Shown here piece after piece: positions 48,893 through 60,715 of a stretch of DNA of 64,000 nt. Below the pieces are notes generated by a model. That model saw nothing but the letters and a program-made list of their open reading frames with translations. It did not search any database and was not told the origin of the DNA. Origin of the DNA: Gemmatimonadota bacterium (GTDB lineage Bacteria; Gemmatimonadota; Gemmatimonadetes; Palauibacterales; Palauibacteraceae); NCBI GenBank assembly GCA_963666735.1, contig OY762926.1, forward strand, positions 1,901,447 through 1,965,446. Direction: 5' to 3'. The translations under genes were made by a program, and so were the position numbers. The first letter of the stretch is position 1. Each line of letters begins with the position of its first letter.

Positions 48893-50377
48893 TCAGAGGA
48901 TGTAGCGTCTCAGGTCTTCGTCGTCCGCGATGCGCGACAGACGGTCCCGCACGAAGTCCGCGTCGACGGTGATCGTCTCGTTCGCCCGCGCTTCCGGCAG
49001 ATCGAAGAGGATCTTCTCCAGGAGTGTGCTGAGGACGGTGTGGAGACGCCGGGCGCCGATGTTCTCCGTCCTCTCGTTCACGTGGCTCGCGATGCGGGCG
49101 ATTTCGCGGACCGCGCCCTCCTCGAACTCGAGCCGGGCGGACTCGGTCTCCACGAGTGCCCGGTACTGCGCGAGCAGGGCGTAGCGGGGTTCCCGGAGGA
49201 TGCGCGTGAAAGCCTCCGCGTCCAGACTCTCGAGTTCCACGCGGATCGGGAACCGGCCCTGCAGTTCGGGGATCAGATCCGAGGGCTTCGCGATGTGGAA
49301 CGCCCCGGCCGCGATGAACAGGATGTGGTCCGTGCGGACCATCCCGTACCGCGTCTGGACCGTGGACCCCTCGACGATGGGCAGGAGGTCGCGCTGCACG
49401 CCCTCGCGCGAAACGTCGGGTCCCGCGCCGCCGTGCTTCCCGGCGACCTTGTCGATCTCGTCGAGGAAGACGATCCCCATGCTCTCGGTTCGGCGCAGCG
49501 CCTGCTCCGTGACCTCCTCCATGTCCACCAGGTTCGCGAGTTCCTCGGAGCGGAGGATCCGGCGGGCGTCCGCTACGGTGACCCTGCGGCGGCGCGTCTT
49601 CTTCGGAAGCACCCCCTTGAGGACTTCCCCGATGTTGAAGTCCACGCTCTCCATGCCGCCCCCCACATCCAGCATGGGGATCGAGCTTTCGCTGACCTCG
49701 ACTTCGACCTCCCGTTCATCGAGCATGCCGTCGCGCAGGAGGCCGCGGAGCTTCTCGCGCGTGCGCTGCTTGCGCTGCTCGGAAGGCTCGCCGGAGCGGG
49801 TCTCGGATGCGTGTCCCGCAAGCGACACGACGAACTGCCGCTGCGGGTCCCCGCCGGAACCCGCCACGGGCTCACCCTCCGCCACGGGAGGAAGAAGCAG
49901 GTCGAGGAGGCGCTCCTCGACTCGCCGGTCGGCGATCTCACCGTGCCGGGCTTCCTGCTCCTCGCGCACGAGCTTGATCGCGATCTCGACGAGATCCCGG
50001 ATCATCGATTCCACATCGCGGCCGACGTAGCCCACTTCGGTGAACTTCGAGGCCTCGACCTTGATGAACGGAGCGCCCGCAAGCCGCGAGAGACGGCGGG
50101 CGATCTCGGTCTTCCCCACACCGGTCGGGCCGATGAGGATGATGTTGTTGGGGAGGATCTCCTCGCGCATCCCCTCGTCGACGTTCTGCCGCCGCCAGCG
50201 GTTGCGGAGCGCGATCGCGACGGCCTTCTTCGCCTCGTCCTGTCCGATGATGTACTGGTCGAGTTCCTCGACGATCTGTCGGGGGGTGAGCGCCGCCGCG
50301 ATTCCGGGGTCGCCGGGATCCGGGGCGGGGACGATATCGGGGCGGTGCGTCACTCGCCCGCCATCGCTGGTCGTCAT
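48893..50377 (-). CDS. hslU: HslUV protease ATPase subunit
   Basis: [37 protein letters not shown]. Confidence 0.96.
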   Translation of the reverse strand: MTTSDGGRVTHRPDIVPAPDPGDPGIAAALTPRQIVEELDQYIIGQDEAKKAVAIALRNRWRRQNVDEGMREEILPNNIILIGPTGVGKTEIARRLSRLAGAPFIKVEASKFTEVGYVGRDVESMIRDLVEIAIKLVREEQEARHGEIADRRVEERLLDLLLPPVAEGEPVAGSGGDPQRQFVVSLAGHASETRSGEPSEQRKQRTREKLRGLLRDGMLDEREVEVEVSESSIPMLDVGGGMESVDFNIGEVLKGVLPKKTRRRRVTVADARRILRSEELANLVDMEEVTEQALRRTESMGIVFLDEIDKVAGKHGGAGPDVSREGVQRDLLPIVEGSTVQTRYGMVRTDHILFIAAGAFHIAKPSDLIPELQGRFPIRVELESLDAEAFTRILREPRYALLAQYRALVETESARLEFEEGAVREIARIASHVNERTENIGARRLHTVLSTLLEKILFDLPEARANETITVDADFVRDRLSRIADDEDLRRYIL

Positions 50378-50946
50378 GGTTCGTTTCCGTTCCCGTTCGC
50401 GTTGCCGTCCGCGCTGCCCGGGAGTTCGAGCACCGTGATCTCCCGGTTCGTGTACACGCAGATCTCCGCCGCGATCTCCAGGGCCTGCCGGGCGACTTCC
50501 GCGGCCGGCAACTCCGTCCGGCGGACGAGGGCCCGGGCGGCGGCGAGCGCGTGCGGCCCTCCGGAACCGAGCGCAAGAATGCCGTCGTCCGGTTCGATGA
50601 CCTCTCCCGTGCCGGCGATGAGCAAGCTCGTCTCCCGGTCGGCGACGGCGAGCAGCGCCTCGAGCCGCCGGAGATAACGGTCGCTCCGCCACTCCTTCGC
50701 GAGTTCCACCGCCGCGCGCGTGAGGTGGCGAGGGTAGCGTTCGAGTTGCGCCTCGAACTTCTCGAACAGGGTGAGAGCATCGGCGACGCCGCCGGCGAAG
50801 CCCGCCAGGATCCGGCCATCGCGCATGGTGCGGAGCTTGTTCGCCTTCGCCTTGACGACGGTTTCTCCCATGGTCACCTGGCCGTCACCCGCCATCGCGA
50901 CCTCCCCTCCGACCCGGACACAGAGGATCGTCGTGGCTCGTATCAT
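50374..50946 (-). CDS. hslV: HslUV protease peptidase subunit
   Basis: [25 protein letters not shown]. Confidence 0.96.
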   Translation of the reverse strand: MIRATTILCVRVGGEVAMAGDGQVTMGETVVKAKANKLRTMRDGRILAGFAGGVADALTLFEKFEAQLERYPRHLTRAAVELAKEWRSDRYLRRLEALLAVADRETSLLIAGTGEVIEPDDGILALGSGGPHALAAARALVRRTELPAAEVARQALEIAAEICVYTNREITVLELPGSADGNANGNGNEP

Positions 50947-50951
50947 TCTCT

Positions 50952-51896
50952 TCATTCTCCTCCGCGCGGATGGGCCCGGGAGTGTACGCGCTTGAGGCGG
51001 TCCACGGATGTGTGCGTGTAGATCCGGGTCGTGCTCAGACTCGCGTGTCCCAGCATCTCCTTCACCGAGACGAGGTCCGCCCCCCGATCGAGAAGGTGGG
51101 TCGCGAAGGAGTGGCGCAGCGAATGCGTGGTCAGCCGGTCACCGTCCGCGACCCGCGCGAGTTGGGCCGTCACGTCGCGCTGGATCTGCCGCCGCGAGAG
51201 GCGGGTGCCGCGAACGGAGAGGAACGCGGCTCGGGAGGTGCTTTCCCCCCGTTTGCCGAAGTAGGCGTCGAGCGCTTCCGAGGCGCGCCGGCCGAGCGGG
51301 ACGATGCGCTCCTTCTCCCCCTTGCCGAGAGCGCGAATCTGCCCGGCGCGGGAGTCCACGGCGGTCGCATCGAGGCCGTGCACCTCCGCCAGCCGCAGTC
51401 CGCACGAGTACAGCAACTCGAGGAGGGCCCAGCGCCGGAGCGCCACCGCGGATCCGTCCCGCCGCGCCGCCTCGCCGGCCGAATCGAGCAGTTCGCGCGC
51501 GTCCTCTTCGCTCAGAAAGGAGGGCAGCGTCCGGTCCCGCCGGGGGGTGCGCACGAGCCGGGCGGGGCTGGCCTCCACCCGGTCCGTGCGCCGGAGGAAG
51601 GCGAAGAAGGCGCGCACCGCGGCGAGCTTGCGGGCGATCGAGGAACGTTTCAGCCCGCGCAACTCCAGGTCTCCCATGAAGGAACGGATGGACACCCGAT
51701 GGACGTCCGCCCAGCCCCAGTCGCGTGTCCCCTCGTACGCGCTCAGGAAGGCCTCGAATTGATCGAGGTCGCGACGGTACGCGGACACGGTGTTGGGGGA
51801 CAGCCGTCGCTCGGCACGGGCGTAGCGGAGGAAGTCGTCGACCCAGGCGCGCCGGGCTCGCGCTCGCGCACCGGCGGGCGCGGACGTCCCGGTCAT
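50952..51896 (-). CDS. xerC: Tyrosine recombinase XerC
   Basis: [39 protein letters not shown]; topA-xerC-hslV synteny. Confidence 0.88.
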   Translation of the reverse strand: MTGTSAPAGARARARRAWVDDFLRYARAERRLSPNTVSAYRRDLDQFEAFLSAYEGTRDWGWADVHRVSIRSFMGDLELRGLKRSSIARKLAAVRAFFAFLRRTDRVEASPARLVRTPRRDRTLPSFLSEEDARELLDSAGEAARRDGSAVALRRWALLELLYSCGLRLAEVHGLDATAVDSRAGQIRALGKGEKERIVPLGRRASEALDAYFGKRGESTSRAAFLSVRGTRLSRRQIQRDVTAQLARVADGDRLTTHSLRHSFATHLLDRGADLVSVKEMLGHASLSTTRIYTHTSVDRLKRVHSRAHPRGGE

Positions 51897-54448
51897 TTTC
51901 TCGACGACTTCTTGCGGGGGCCGCCGCGCCGCCCACCCGTCTTTCTGGTCGCGTCGCGCTCCTTCCGCTTCCTCAGCAGGTCCAGCGCCATGTCCAGCGT
52001 GACCTCATCGGGCTCCGTCCCCCTGGGCAGCGAAGCGTTCGTCTTGCCGTGTTTGACGTAGGGGCCGTAGCGACCCTTGTAGATTGCGATCGACTCGCCG
52101 TCATCGGGGTGCGCGCCGACTTCCCGCAGCGGTGTGGCGCTCGCCCGCCGGCCCCGCGTCTTGGGCGCGGAGAGCAACTCCATGGCGCGCTCGAAGGTGA
52201 CCTCGAGCGGGTCGTCGTTTTCCGTCAGCGAGCGGAAATCCTTTTGGTGGACGACGTACGGACCGTAGCGACCGATCCCCACCTTCACCGGGTCGCCGCT
52301 CTCCGGGTGCGTGCCGAGCGGGGCGGGCATGGCGAGCAGCTTGAGCGCCATCGCCAGCGACACATCCTCCGGCTGAACGTTCTTCGGGAGGGAGGCGCGT
52401 TTCGGCTTCCTCGCGTCCGTCCTCTCGCCTTGCTGCACGTAGGGGCCGTAGCGCCCCTCCATGAGGTAGATGGCCTCTCCGGAATCGGGGTCCTCTCCCA
52501 GCCGGTCCGGACCTTCCGCCCGTTTCTGGAGGAGATCGATCGCCTGCTCCTCGCTGAGGTCGGCCGGGGCGACATCCTCCGGGAGGGACGCGGTGAGCCG
52601 ATCACCGTTGCGCTCGAGTTCGAGGAAGGGGCCATAACGGCCGATCCGCACGCGGGGGGTGAGGTCCTGGAGGCGGACGGTCGAGGCCTCCCGCGGGTCG
52701 ATGGCCGCTTCGCGCTCGACAAGTCGCGCTTCGAGACCTTTCCCGCCGCTGTAGAACTCCCCGAGGTACGCGCGCCAGTCCACGTTGCCGCGCGCGATCT
52801 CGTCCAGCGCCTCCTCCATCTCGGAGGTGAACCCGGTGTCGACGAGGTTCGGGAAGTGATCCTCCAGGAGACCGGTCACCGCGAAGGCGATGAAGGTGGG
52901 CACGAGTTGCTTGCTCTGCCGCACGGCGTAGCCTCGATCGACGACGGTCGAGATGATGGCGGCGTACGTGGAGGGGCGCCCGATGCCGTCCGCCTCCAGT
53001 TCCTTGACGAGCGCCGCATCCGTGAAGCGGGGGGGCGGCTTCGTCTCGTGCTTCCGACTCTCCAGCTTGCGGTTCTCGAGTGTCTGACCCTCCCGCATGT
53101 CGGGGAGGACCGTTTCCTGGTTCTCCAGCGCCGCGTCCGGGTCGTCGGAGCCTTCGACGTAGGCGCGGAAGAAGCCGGGGAACTCGATGACTTTGCCCGC
53201 GGCGCGGAAGCGCGCCTCCTCCGCGTCCACGTGCACGTTCAGGTGCCGCAGCCGGGCATCCGCCATCTGCGTCGCGACCGCACGTCTCCAGATCAGTTCG
53301 TAGAGCGCCTTCTGCCGGCCGGTGAGTCCGAGTTCGGCGGCCGTGCGCATGTCGGTGCCGGACGGGCGAATCGCCTCGTGGGCCTCCTGGGCGGAGCGGG
53401 ATTTCGTCTTGTAGCGCCGCGGGACAGAGCTCAGGTATTCCTCCCCGTACCGGGCCGCCACGCGGCTTCGGATCGCCCTGATCGCGGCTTCGGACAATGT
53501 GACGGAATCGGTCCTCATGTAGGTGATATGGCCGGCCTCGTAGAGCGCCTGCGCAATCCGCATCGTGTCCCGGGCCCCGAGGTTCAGCTTGCGGTTGGCC
53601 TCCTGCTGGAGGGTCGCGGTCGTAAACGGAGGATACGGGCTCCGCTTCGACTGCCTTTCCTGCAGCTTGACGACCTTGAAGGTCGCGTCGGCCAAGCGCG
53701 CGCGGAGGGCCTCGGCGCGTTCCCGGTCCAGCAGGACGACCTTGCGGCCGGACTTGAGCGCGCCGGTGCGTTCATCGAAATCCCGGCCCCTCGCGATCGC
53801 CACCCCGTCGAGCGCAGCCAGATCGGCCGTGAAAACGTGCCCATTCGCGGCGAGGTGGGCGCGCAGCCGCCACCAGGTCCCGCTCCGGAAGGCGCGCCGC
53901 TCCCGCTCGCGCTCGACGAGCAGGCGGACGGCGACCGACTGCACGCGGCCCGCGGAGAGTCCGGGCTTGATCTTCTTCCACAGGAGCGGGGAGACCCCGT
54001 ACCCGACGAGGCGATCCAGAATCCTGCGCGCCTGCTGGGCTTCGATGCGGGGGAGGTCGATCTCTCCCGGCTGCTCGAGCGCCGCGAGCACGGCATTTCT
54101 CGTGATCTCGTTGAATGTGATGCGGCGGAACCGCTCTCGAAGCGACCGCTTCCGCGCGGTCAGAGCCTCGACGATGTGGTAGGCGATCGCCTCGCCTTCG
54201 CGGTCGGGGTCCGTGGCGAGGAGAATTGAATCCGCCTTCGCCGCCTCCGCGCGCAGCTTCCGGAGGACGGGTTCCTTCCCCTCGATCGTGACGTACTCCG
54301 GCTCGAACCCCTTTTCGACGTCGACGCCGAGGCCGCTCCTGGGGAGATCCCGGACGTGCCCGACGGATGCCTGTACGCTGAAGCCGGCCCCGAGATACGA
54401 CTCCAGGGTGCGGGCCTTCGCGGGCGACTCCACGATGACGAGATTCAC
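51893..54448 (-). CDS. topA: DNA topoisomerase I
   Basis: [41 protein letters not shown]-terminal repeats. Confidence 0.97.
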   Translation of the reverse strand: MNLVIVESPAKARTLESYLGAGFSVQASVGHVRDLPRSGLGVDVEKGFEPEYVTIEGKEPVLRKLRAEAAKADSILLATDPDREGEAIAYHIVEALTARKRSLRERFRRITFNEITRNAVLAALEQPGEIDLPRIEAQQARRILDRLVGYGVSPLLWKKIKPGLSAGRVQSVAVRLLVERERERRAFRSGTWWRLRAHLAANGHVFTADLAALDGVAIARGRDFDERTGALKSGRKVVLLDRERAEALRARLADATFKVVKLQERQSKRSPYPPFTTATLQQEANRKLNLGARDTMRIAQALYEAGHITYMRTDSVTLSEAAIRAIRSRVAARYGEEYLSSVPRRYKTKSRSAQEAHEAIRPSGTDMRTAAELGLTGRQKALYELIWRRAVATQMADARLRHLNVHVDAEEARFRAAGKVIEFPGFFRAYVEGSDDPDAALENQETVLPDMREGQTLENRKLESRKHETKPPPRFTDAALVKELEADGIGRPSTYAAIISTVVDRGYAVRQSKQLVPTFIAFAVTGLLEDHFPNLVDTGFTSEMEEALDEIARGNVDWRAYLGEFYSGGKGLEARLVEREAAIDPREASTVRLQDLTPRVRIGRYGPFLELERNGDRLTASLPEDVAPADLSEEQAIDLLQKRAEGPDRLGEDPDSGEAIYLMEGRYGPYVQQGERTDARKPKRASLPKNVQPEDVSLAMALKLLAMPAPLGTHPESGDPVKVGIGRYGPYVVHQKDFRSLTENDDPLEVTFERAMELLSAPKTRGRRASATPLREVGAHPDDGESIAIYKGRYGPYVKHGKTNASLPRGTEPDEVTLDMALDLLRKRKERDATRKTGGRRGGPRKKSSRK

Positions 54449-54458
54449 GTGCGGCCTC

Positions 54459-55058
54459 TCAACTCTCCTGTGGTCCTTCCGTGGTTCCTTCCACTGTTCC
54501 TTCCACCGTTCCTTCCCGGTCCGCCGGCGGGCGGGGCGCGAGACGCCGCAGACATCTCAGCGCTACCTCCACGACATCATCCGGTTCCCGTCCATCCGTC
54601 TCCAGCACCAGTTCGGCCTCCGCGTAGGCGGCCTCCCGCGCCGCGAGCAGGGCGGCGAGCGCAGCCGCGGGGTCGGGTCCGGCCAGCAGAGGCCGAACCT
54701 CGGCACCCTCCCCGGAGAGGCGATGGATCGCGGTCTCGGGGCGCACGCGCAACCAGACGCGTACCCGGCCACCGGACGTACGGTCGATGTCCCGGCGCGC
54801 CATCCACCCTCCTCCGGTCGCAACGATGACATCCGTTGCCCGTGCCGCCCGGGACGCGGCCCTGGCCTCGAGCCGCCGGAACTCGGCTTCGCCGCCGACG
54901 CGAAACAGGTGAGGGATCGTCTCCCCCGCCAGCTCCTCGACCTCGCGGTCGAGATCCACATAGCGATACCCCAGCCGCCGGGCGAGGAGCGGTCCTATCG
55001 TACTCTTCCCCGCCCCGGAGAGCCCGACGAGCCAGATCCTTCGGGGCACCCTCGACAC
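54459..55058 (-). CDS. aroK: Shikimate kinase
   Basis: GLSGAGKST, FRRLE, ATGGG, RPLL; EGTV tail repeats. Confidence 0.9.
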   Translation of the reverse strand: MSRVPRRIWLVGLSGAGKSTIGPLLARRLGYRYVDLDREVEELAGETIPHLFRVGGEAEFRRLEARAASRAARATDVIVATGGGWMARRDIDRTSGGRVRVWLRVRPETAIHRLSGEGAEVRPLLAGPDPAAALAALLAAREAAYAEAELVLETDGREPDDVVEVALRCLRRLAPRPPADREGTVEGTVEGTTEGPQES

Positions 55059-55059
55059 G

Positions 55060-56247
55060 TCACGTCCCGATCCGGGCGAGGTAGCTCTCCATGTTGGACC
55101 GCATGTCGGATACGTTGTCGCCGCCGAATTTCTCGATCCACGCGTCGGCCAGCACGAGCGCCATCATCGCCTCGCCGACGACGCCGGCCGCGGGCACGGA
55201 GCACGTATCGCTGCGCTCCAGGAGCGCCTTGGCGGGCTCGCCGGTCCGGGTGTTCACGCTGTCCAGGGGGCGCCGGAGCGAGCTGAGCGGCTTCATGGCG
55301 ACGCGGGCCACGATGTCGCCCCCCGTCGTCATCCCCCCCTCGAGTCCGCCGGCGTTGTTCCGGCGCCGCCGATAGCCCCCGCTCGCGGGGAGGGCGGGAT
55401 CCCGCTCGATCTCATCGTGCACCTCCGACCCCCGGAAGCGCGCGGCCTCGAAGCCCATGCCGATCTCGACGCCCTTCATGGCGTGGATCGACATCATCGC
55501 CCCGCCGATGCGGCCCCCCAGGCGGGTCTCCCAGGTGACGTGGCTCCCGAGCCCCACGGGTACGCCGCGCGCCACGACCTCGAATACGCCCCCCAGCGAA
55601 TCCCCGGCGCGGCGGGCGGCATCGATCGCGTCGACCATGGCCGCCGACGCGTCCGCATCGATGCAGCGCACGGGCGACGCGTTGGTCACGGCGAACAGAT
55701 CCTCCGGCAGCGGCAGTCCGGGCGGGATCGACACCGGACCGATCGACACCACGTGGCTCTCGACGCGCACGCCAAATCTGGCCAGCAGACGCTTGGCGAT
55801 GGCCCCGGCGGCAACGCGCGCGGCGGTCTCGCGCGCGCTGGCCCGTTCGAGGATGTCGCGCGCGTCCTCCCTCCCGTACTTGAGCATCCCCGCGAGGTCG
55901 GCGTGTCCCGGCCGCGGCATGTACACCCGGCGCAGGAGTTCGTCGTCGTCCACATCCGGCGCGTCGATCGCCATCGCCGCGCGCCAGTTCCTGTGGTCGC
56001 GGTTGGGGATCCGGATCGCGATCGGCGACCCCAGGGTCTCGCCGAGCCGCACGCCGCCGAAGATCTCGCCCACATCCTTTTCGATCCTCATGCGGCCGCC
56101 CCGGCCGTGCCCTCCCTGGCGGCGGACCAGTTCGAACGAGACATCGCCGGGCCTAAGAGCCAGCCCGGCGGGGATCCCCTCCAGCACGGCGACCACGGCG
56201 GGGCCGTGTGTTTCGCCCGCCGTCGTCAACCTCAGACACCTCAGCAT
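55060..56247 (-). CDS. aroC: Chorismate synthase
   Basis: TAGETHG, PRPGHAD, RASARETA, GGLEGGMT, RSD. Confidence 0.96.
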   Translation of the reverse strand: MLRCLRLTTAGETHGPAVVAVLEGIPAGLALRPGDVSFELVRRQGGHGRGGRMRIEKDVGEIFGGVRLGETLGSPIAIRIPNRDHRNWRAAMAIDAPDVDDDELLRRVYMPRPGHADLAGMLKYGREDARDILERASARETAARVAAGAIAKRLLARFGVRVESHVVSIGPVSIPPGLPLPEDLFAVTNASPVRCIDADASAAMVDAIDAARRAGDSLGGVFEVVARGVPVGLGSHVTWETRLGGRIGGAMMSIHAMKGVEIGMGFEAARFRGSEVHDEIERDPALPASGGYRRRRNNAGGLEGGMTTGGDIVARVAMKPLSSLRRPLDSVNTRTGEPAKALLERSDTCSVPAAGVVGEAMMALVLADAWIEKFGGDNVSDMRSNMESYLARIGT

Positions 56248-56385
56248 CCTGTCCTCATCGCGTCAACATCGCATGAAAGTCGCATGAACATCGCGTGGAT
56301 CTCTCCTCATCGAACGGCCGTTCCAACGGCGGGAAAAGGATGCGCCGAGGCGGGAGCCGCAACCTGACGACCCCCTGACGGCCCC

Positions 56386-58124
56386 TTACCGTCCGTCCGG
56401 CTGGCGATGAATGATGTGCGGCGTAACGAGGATGATCAGGTCCTGCTTCACCTCGTTCTCCTTGGTGCTCCGGAACAGATTTCCAATCAGCGGGAGGTTC
56501 ATGAGCCCGGGAATCCCGCTGCGGCTCCGACTCACCTCGCTCAGCGTAAGACCGCCGATCACGGCGGTCTCGCCGTCATCGAGCAGCAGCGTCGTCTCAC
56601 CGATCTGTTTCTCGAACACGAAGCCCACATCCGAGAGTCCCAGCTTCAGCCCGGACCGTTCGGCCATCAGCTCCAGCCGGATCTGATTGTTGTTCGTCAC
56701 GTGCGGGACGACGTCCAGAATAATCCCCGTGTCCTCGAAATCGACGTTGACGCGCGCGGACTCGGTCTGGGCCCCCGGCTCCAGAACCCGGATCGGGGTG
56801 CGTTCGCCCACCTGAATCCTCGCGTGCGCGTGGTCCACGACCCGGATCGAGGGCGCAGCCTGCACGTCCGACAACTGCTGCGATTCGAGCGCTTCGAGGA
56901 ACGAGAAGAGGGAGAACTCGCCGAACGCCACGGCCGTGAGGATCTGAAGCGCCGGCCCGATCGGGCGATCGTTCGCGTTCGCCAGCGCCGCGACCGCCGT
57001 GCCTCCGAGGCTCACGAGCGTTTCGTTCGTCCGCTGGACGAACCCCTGATCGACCGTTCCATCGCCGTCCACGTCAACGAGTTGGGGCGGCGAATTGGGG
57101 TCGGGCGCCGGGATGACGTCGTTGATGCCCTGTTCCACGAAGTCGCCGGCCCGCTCCTTGAGGTCGTACACGATCCCCAGTTGCTGTACGTCGGTCCGGT
57201 CGACAAACACGATCTTCGCCTCGATCGCGACCTGGGGAGACGTCGGTCCAGCGCGGCGATGATCGTGTCCATCCGCGCGACGACGGACGGTGCGTCGGTC
57301 ACGATGACTGTGTTGCTGCCGGCGAACGACACGACCTGGCCGCGGTTGGGCGTCGCCAGGTGTCGGAGCGTCTCCGCCACCGAGTCCGCCCGCGCATAGT
57401 TGATCCGGATCACGCGCGTTTCGCTCAGCAGTTGATCCCGCGCCTGGAGGTTCTCCAGCCAATCGACGACGACGATCCCGCCGTCGGTCCTGTGCCAGCC
57501 GAGGTTCTGGGCGGACAGAATCGCGTTCAGCGCCACATCCCACGGCTGATCGCGGATGTCGATGCCTCGAACGATGACGGACGCGACCTCTCCATTCGGG
57601 ACGACCGAGATGTCCGCGAACTCCGAGAACCCGGCGAGGACGTCGAGCATGCTCGCGCTGTCGTACACCACCGAGATGCGTGGCTCGGTCTCCTGCACGA
57701 CCGGCAGCGGCCCGGAAGCACTCCGGACATCCGTCGTGGACCAGGGAGAAAAAGGCGGCCCCGGGTTCCGGAAGGTCACGCGAACCGCACCGGAGTCCGC
57801 GGTTACCCGGTAGGCGGTTTCCCGCTCGAGATCGAATATGAGCCGCACCGTCCCGGGCCGGAACCGGGTTGAACGGATGCCGAGCACTCCGCCGCGGTCG
57901 ATCCGGTCGTAGTGGCGGCGCGCGAGTCCCCGGTTCACCCCCTTCAGGTCAAGAAGCAGCCGCGGAGGATTGGTGAGCATCATGTGGCGGGGCGTGGCCG
58001 GCCCTCCGACGACCACCGTGATCTCGGTCTCCGTCCCCTCGGAGGCGATCCTCACTTCCCGCATCTCGGCTGGGGAGGCTGCCGCAACCGCTGCGGCGAC
58101 GGCGAAAATGGCCCGGGAGATCAT
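56386..58124 (-). pseudogene. pilQ: Type IV pilus secretin PilQ with a single frameshift near 57235-57240 (real or sequencing error)
   Basis: AMIN and N domains lie in ORF 57012-58124; the secretin domain (PQVAIEAKIV...DLIILVTPHII) lies in ORF 56386-57543. Confidence 0.85.
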
Positions 58125-58525
58125 CCGCCTGTCCCCCGCTCACGCCTCACCCGCAGCGTCTCCCGACGGCTGACTCCGAAGCTCGTGATCACGAAATCCA
58201 CCTCCTCAATGCGAATCCGCACGACCCGGGCCGTGCCGATGATGTCGCGTTCGCGGGCACGGTATCGCCGGCCCGTGGTTCGATCGGTCAGAATCGCAAC
58301 GCTTCCCAGTTGCGGGTTGTACAGCACGCCGGACAGCGCAAGGTCTCCGAAACGGGGCCCCGCCTGTGTGTCCGGGTCAAGCGGCAGGAACGGGTCGCGT
58401 CGCTCGAAGGCCGGGTAGGCGAAGATCTCGCGCTCGTAGATCGGCGGCCGTGTCTGTGCCGTGACCTCCGGTGGCCCGGTTCGTAACGCTGCCGCGAGCA
58501 CCGCGGTCAGGATCATGCGAGTCAT
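58121..58525 (-). CDS. PilP-like pilus assembly protein
   Basis: RRDPFLPL motif; position between pilO and pilQ. Confidence 0.65.
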   Translation of the reverse strand: MTRMILTAVLAAALRTGPPEVTAQTRPPIYEREIFAYPAFERRDPFLPLDPDTQAGPRFGDLALSGVLYNPQLGSVAILTDRTTGRRYRARERDIIGTARVVRIRIEEVDFVITSFGVSRRETLRVRRERGTGG

Positions 58526-59112
58526 CCACCCTCCGGCGAAGCGGCGTCTTCCGGCGGAAGCACGAAAGTCTCGAGGCTGAAGCGCGCGTGAACGAGTTGC
58601 CGTCCCGAGTCCGTGATGCGGGAGGGTACGATCTCGTCGACCTCGGGCCGTACGATTCGGGCGAAGCCGGCGACCCGCGTCAGGAACTGCCCGACATCGT
58701 GGTACGCCCCCTCGACCTGAAGCGCCCATTGTTGCCGCACGAAGTAGCCGGTGGAGTCGGCCACGGGATCGGCGGGCAGCGCACGTACGAGTTCGAGACC
58801 GAGCGACTGTGTTTCGGCCGCGATGGCTTCATATATGGCCTCGACTTCACCCTCTCGCGGAACGAGCCGTTTCAGCGCCGCGAGCTGCCGTTCGCCGAGT
58901 ACGAGACCCTCGTGTATCTCATCCGGGTTGCCGTCCCCCAGCTCGGCGAGGGCGTTGGCCCGCTCGGTCCGCTCAACCCGCTCTGCCAATCCGGCCAGCT
59001 CCACCCTGCGCGGGTTCCAGAAGTGCAGATGGAAGGCCGTCCCGCAGCCCAGCAGGAGTACGAGTCCGAGCGCCCGGTACTGCGCGCGGGGTTCCCTCGG
59101 TAGCACGGTCAA
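58522..59112 (-). CDS. pilO: Type IV pilus assembly protein PilO
   Basis: TM helix, LVPREGEV, GAYHDVGQFL..VA...RIV. Confidence 0.8.
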   Translation of the reverse strand: MTVLPREPRAQYRALGLVLLLGCGTAFHLHFWNPRRVELAGLAERVERTERANALAELGDGNPDEIHEGLVLGERQLAALKRLVPREGEVEAIYEAIAAETQSLGLELVRALPADPVADSTGYFVRQQWALQVEGAYHDVGQFLTRVAGFARIVRPEVDEIVPSRITDSGRQLVHARFSLETFVLPPEDAASPEGG

Positions 59113-59729
59113 GCCGGTTCGACCCGCCGGGAGGCGGGCGCATGGGCGAATCGAAGCACGAGAGTGAAGGCCTGCCGGGCGACCTGATCGGGATCGGATC
59201 CCTGCTGCCGGCTGCCGACGATCCTCACATCGGCAATGTAGTCCGAGGTCTCCAGGCTGCGGACGAATTCCGTGATCGCGAGCGGATTGCCCGCAATCCC
59301 CTGAACTTCGACCGTGAGGTCGGGTGGCGGCGACAGTTGACGCAGGGAAGTCAGCCAGGCCGGCGGCGGGAGCGCGCGGCTGATTTCGTCCATCATGTGC
59401 GGCCACGCGAACCGGTCGCGGTCCAACTGTTCGACGAGGGCGACGCGCTCGCGGATCTCGCGAGATCTTTCCGTCAAGCTGTCGCTTGCGGCCCGGAGTT
59501 CGGCGAGCCGCGCCGAATCCGCCACCGCTGCTTCAAGACGCACCTGCAGTTCGAGGGCCTCGGCCCGCTGCGATCGCCACAGCGCGACCGTGGCCGGCAG
59601 GATCGTCAGTGCCGAGATCAACAGTGCGACCCCCCAAAAGTCGATGCGGAGACGGCCACCGTCGCGCCCGTGCGTCGCGACCCCGTGCCGCGCGCGCAGA
59701 GCTTCGGGCAGAAGGTTGATCTCGATCAT
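59109..59729 (-). CDS. pilN: Type IV pilus assembly protein PilN
   Basis: MIEINLLP, WPHMMDEISRALP..AWLTSL. Confidence 0.88.
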   Translation of the reverse strand: MIEINLLPEALRARHGVATHGRDGGRLRIDFWGVALLISALTILPATVALWRSQRAEALELQVRLEAAVADSARLAELRAASDSLTERSREIRERVALVEQLDRDRFAWPHMMDEISRALPPPAWLTSLRQLSPPPDLTVEVQGIAGNPLAITEFVRSLETSDYIADVRIVGSRQQGSDPDQVARQAFTLVLRFAHAPASRRVEPA

Positions 59730-59752
59730 GGTCGTACCCACGCTCTCACGTT

Positions 59753-60712
59753 TCAGCCTCCCCGAACCGGGGACCGAAGAGCGAGCCCGATCGAAAGCAT
59801 GAGCATCGGCGCCACCGAGCCCAGATCCGTCCGATCCGCGACGTCCGGCGCGACCTCGATACGTTCGAACGCGTGCGCGAGGCGCGTTTCCACGCCTGTC
59901 GTCTCTGCGAGGATCTCGACCAGGCCGGGCGCCGCGGCTCCTCCGCCGCACAGGTATACGCGTGCGATCCCCGGTCCGGTCTCGACGAAGGCCCCCGCGC
60001 GGTCGATGCCGCGTGCGATCCGGCGGGCGCCTTCATCCAGCCCGTCTGCCGTCGGAGCGCCGACGGCCAGTTCGCGGGCCAACAGCGGGAGCCCGTTCCG
60101 GAGCAGGTGTATGGCGGTCGAATGGGCCCCGATGTCGACCAGCACGGTCACATCCCTCATCGCGGCCGGATAGTTCGCCTCGAACGCGTTGCGAAGGGCC
60201 AGAGCCTCCACGTCGACCGTCGTCGGGTTCAGACCCGCCCGCCGCAGGAGTGCGACGCGCGTCTCGATGACGTCTCGTTTCGCCGCCGCCAGCAGTACGC
60301 TCATCGTCGAGCTTTCTCCGTCCGGATCGATGATCGCGAAGTCCAGTTCCACGTTCTTCATGTCGAAGGGAACGTGCTGCTCCGCTTCCCACGGCATCAC
60401 GGCGCGGGCCTCCGCCTCATCCATCCGGTCGATTTCGATCACCTTGCTGAGCACATCGCGCCCACCGATGCCGATGACCACATCGCGGGGCTTGATTCGC
60501 TCCCGCCTGAACATCGAGGAAAGCGTGTCGGCGACACGCTCCGGATCCCCGATCGTCCCGCCGCGCACGGTATCCGCCTCGTTCGGAGCGGTCGCGAGCC
60601 CCGTCAGGCGGGGCCCGCTCGGACCATGGTCGATCACCGCGGCCTTGCTGAAGCCGCTGCCGACATCGACGCCGACGGTGGCCTTCCGGCGCCGCAACCC
60701 GAATCTGCTCAT
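59753..60712 (-). CDS. pilM: Type IV pilus assembly protein PilM
   Basis: VGVDVGS, WEAEQHVPFD, LVDIGA, LCGGGA, IGLALR. Confidence 0.9.
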   Translation of the reverse strand: MSRFGLRRRKATVGVDVGSGFSKAAVIDHGPSGPRLTGLATAPNEADTVRGGTIGDPERVADTLSSMFRRERIKPRDVVIGIGGRDVLSKVIEIDRMDEAEARAVMPWEAEQHVPFDMKNVELDFAIIDPDGESSTMSVLLAAAKRDVIETRVALLRRAGLNPTTVDVEALALRNAFEANYPAAMRDVTVLVDIGAHSTAIHLLRNGLPLLARELAVGAPTADGLDEGARRIARGIDRAGAFVETGPGIARVYLCGGGAAAPGLVEILAETTGVETRLAHAFERIEVAPDVADRTDLGSVAPMLMLSIGLALRSPVRGG

Positions 60713-60715
60713 GCC

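Noticed and set aside
50952-51896. Tyrosine recombinase as the integrase of the array
   Set aside because: It lies in the housekeeping topA-xerC-hslVU context, far from the array, and the array boundaries are not fixed.
54470-54520. 12-nt repeats (EGTV) at the end of aroK
   Set aside because: A short low-complexity tail with no sign of a separate function.
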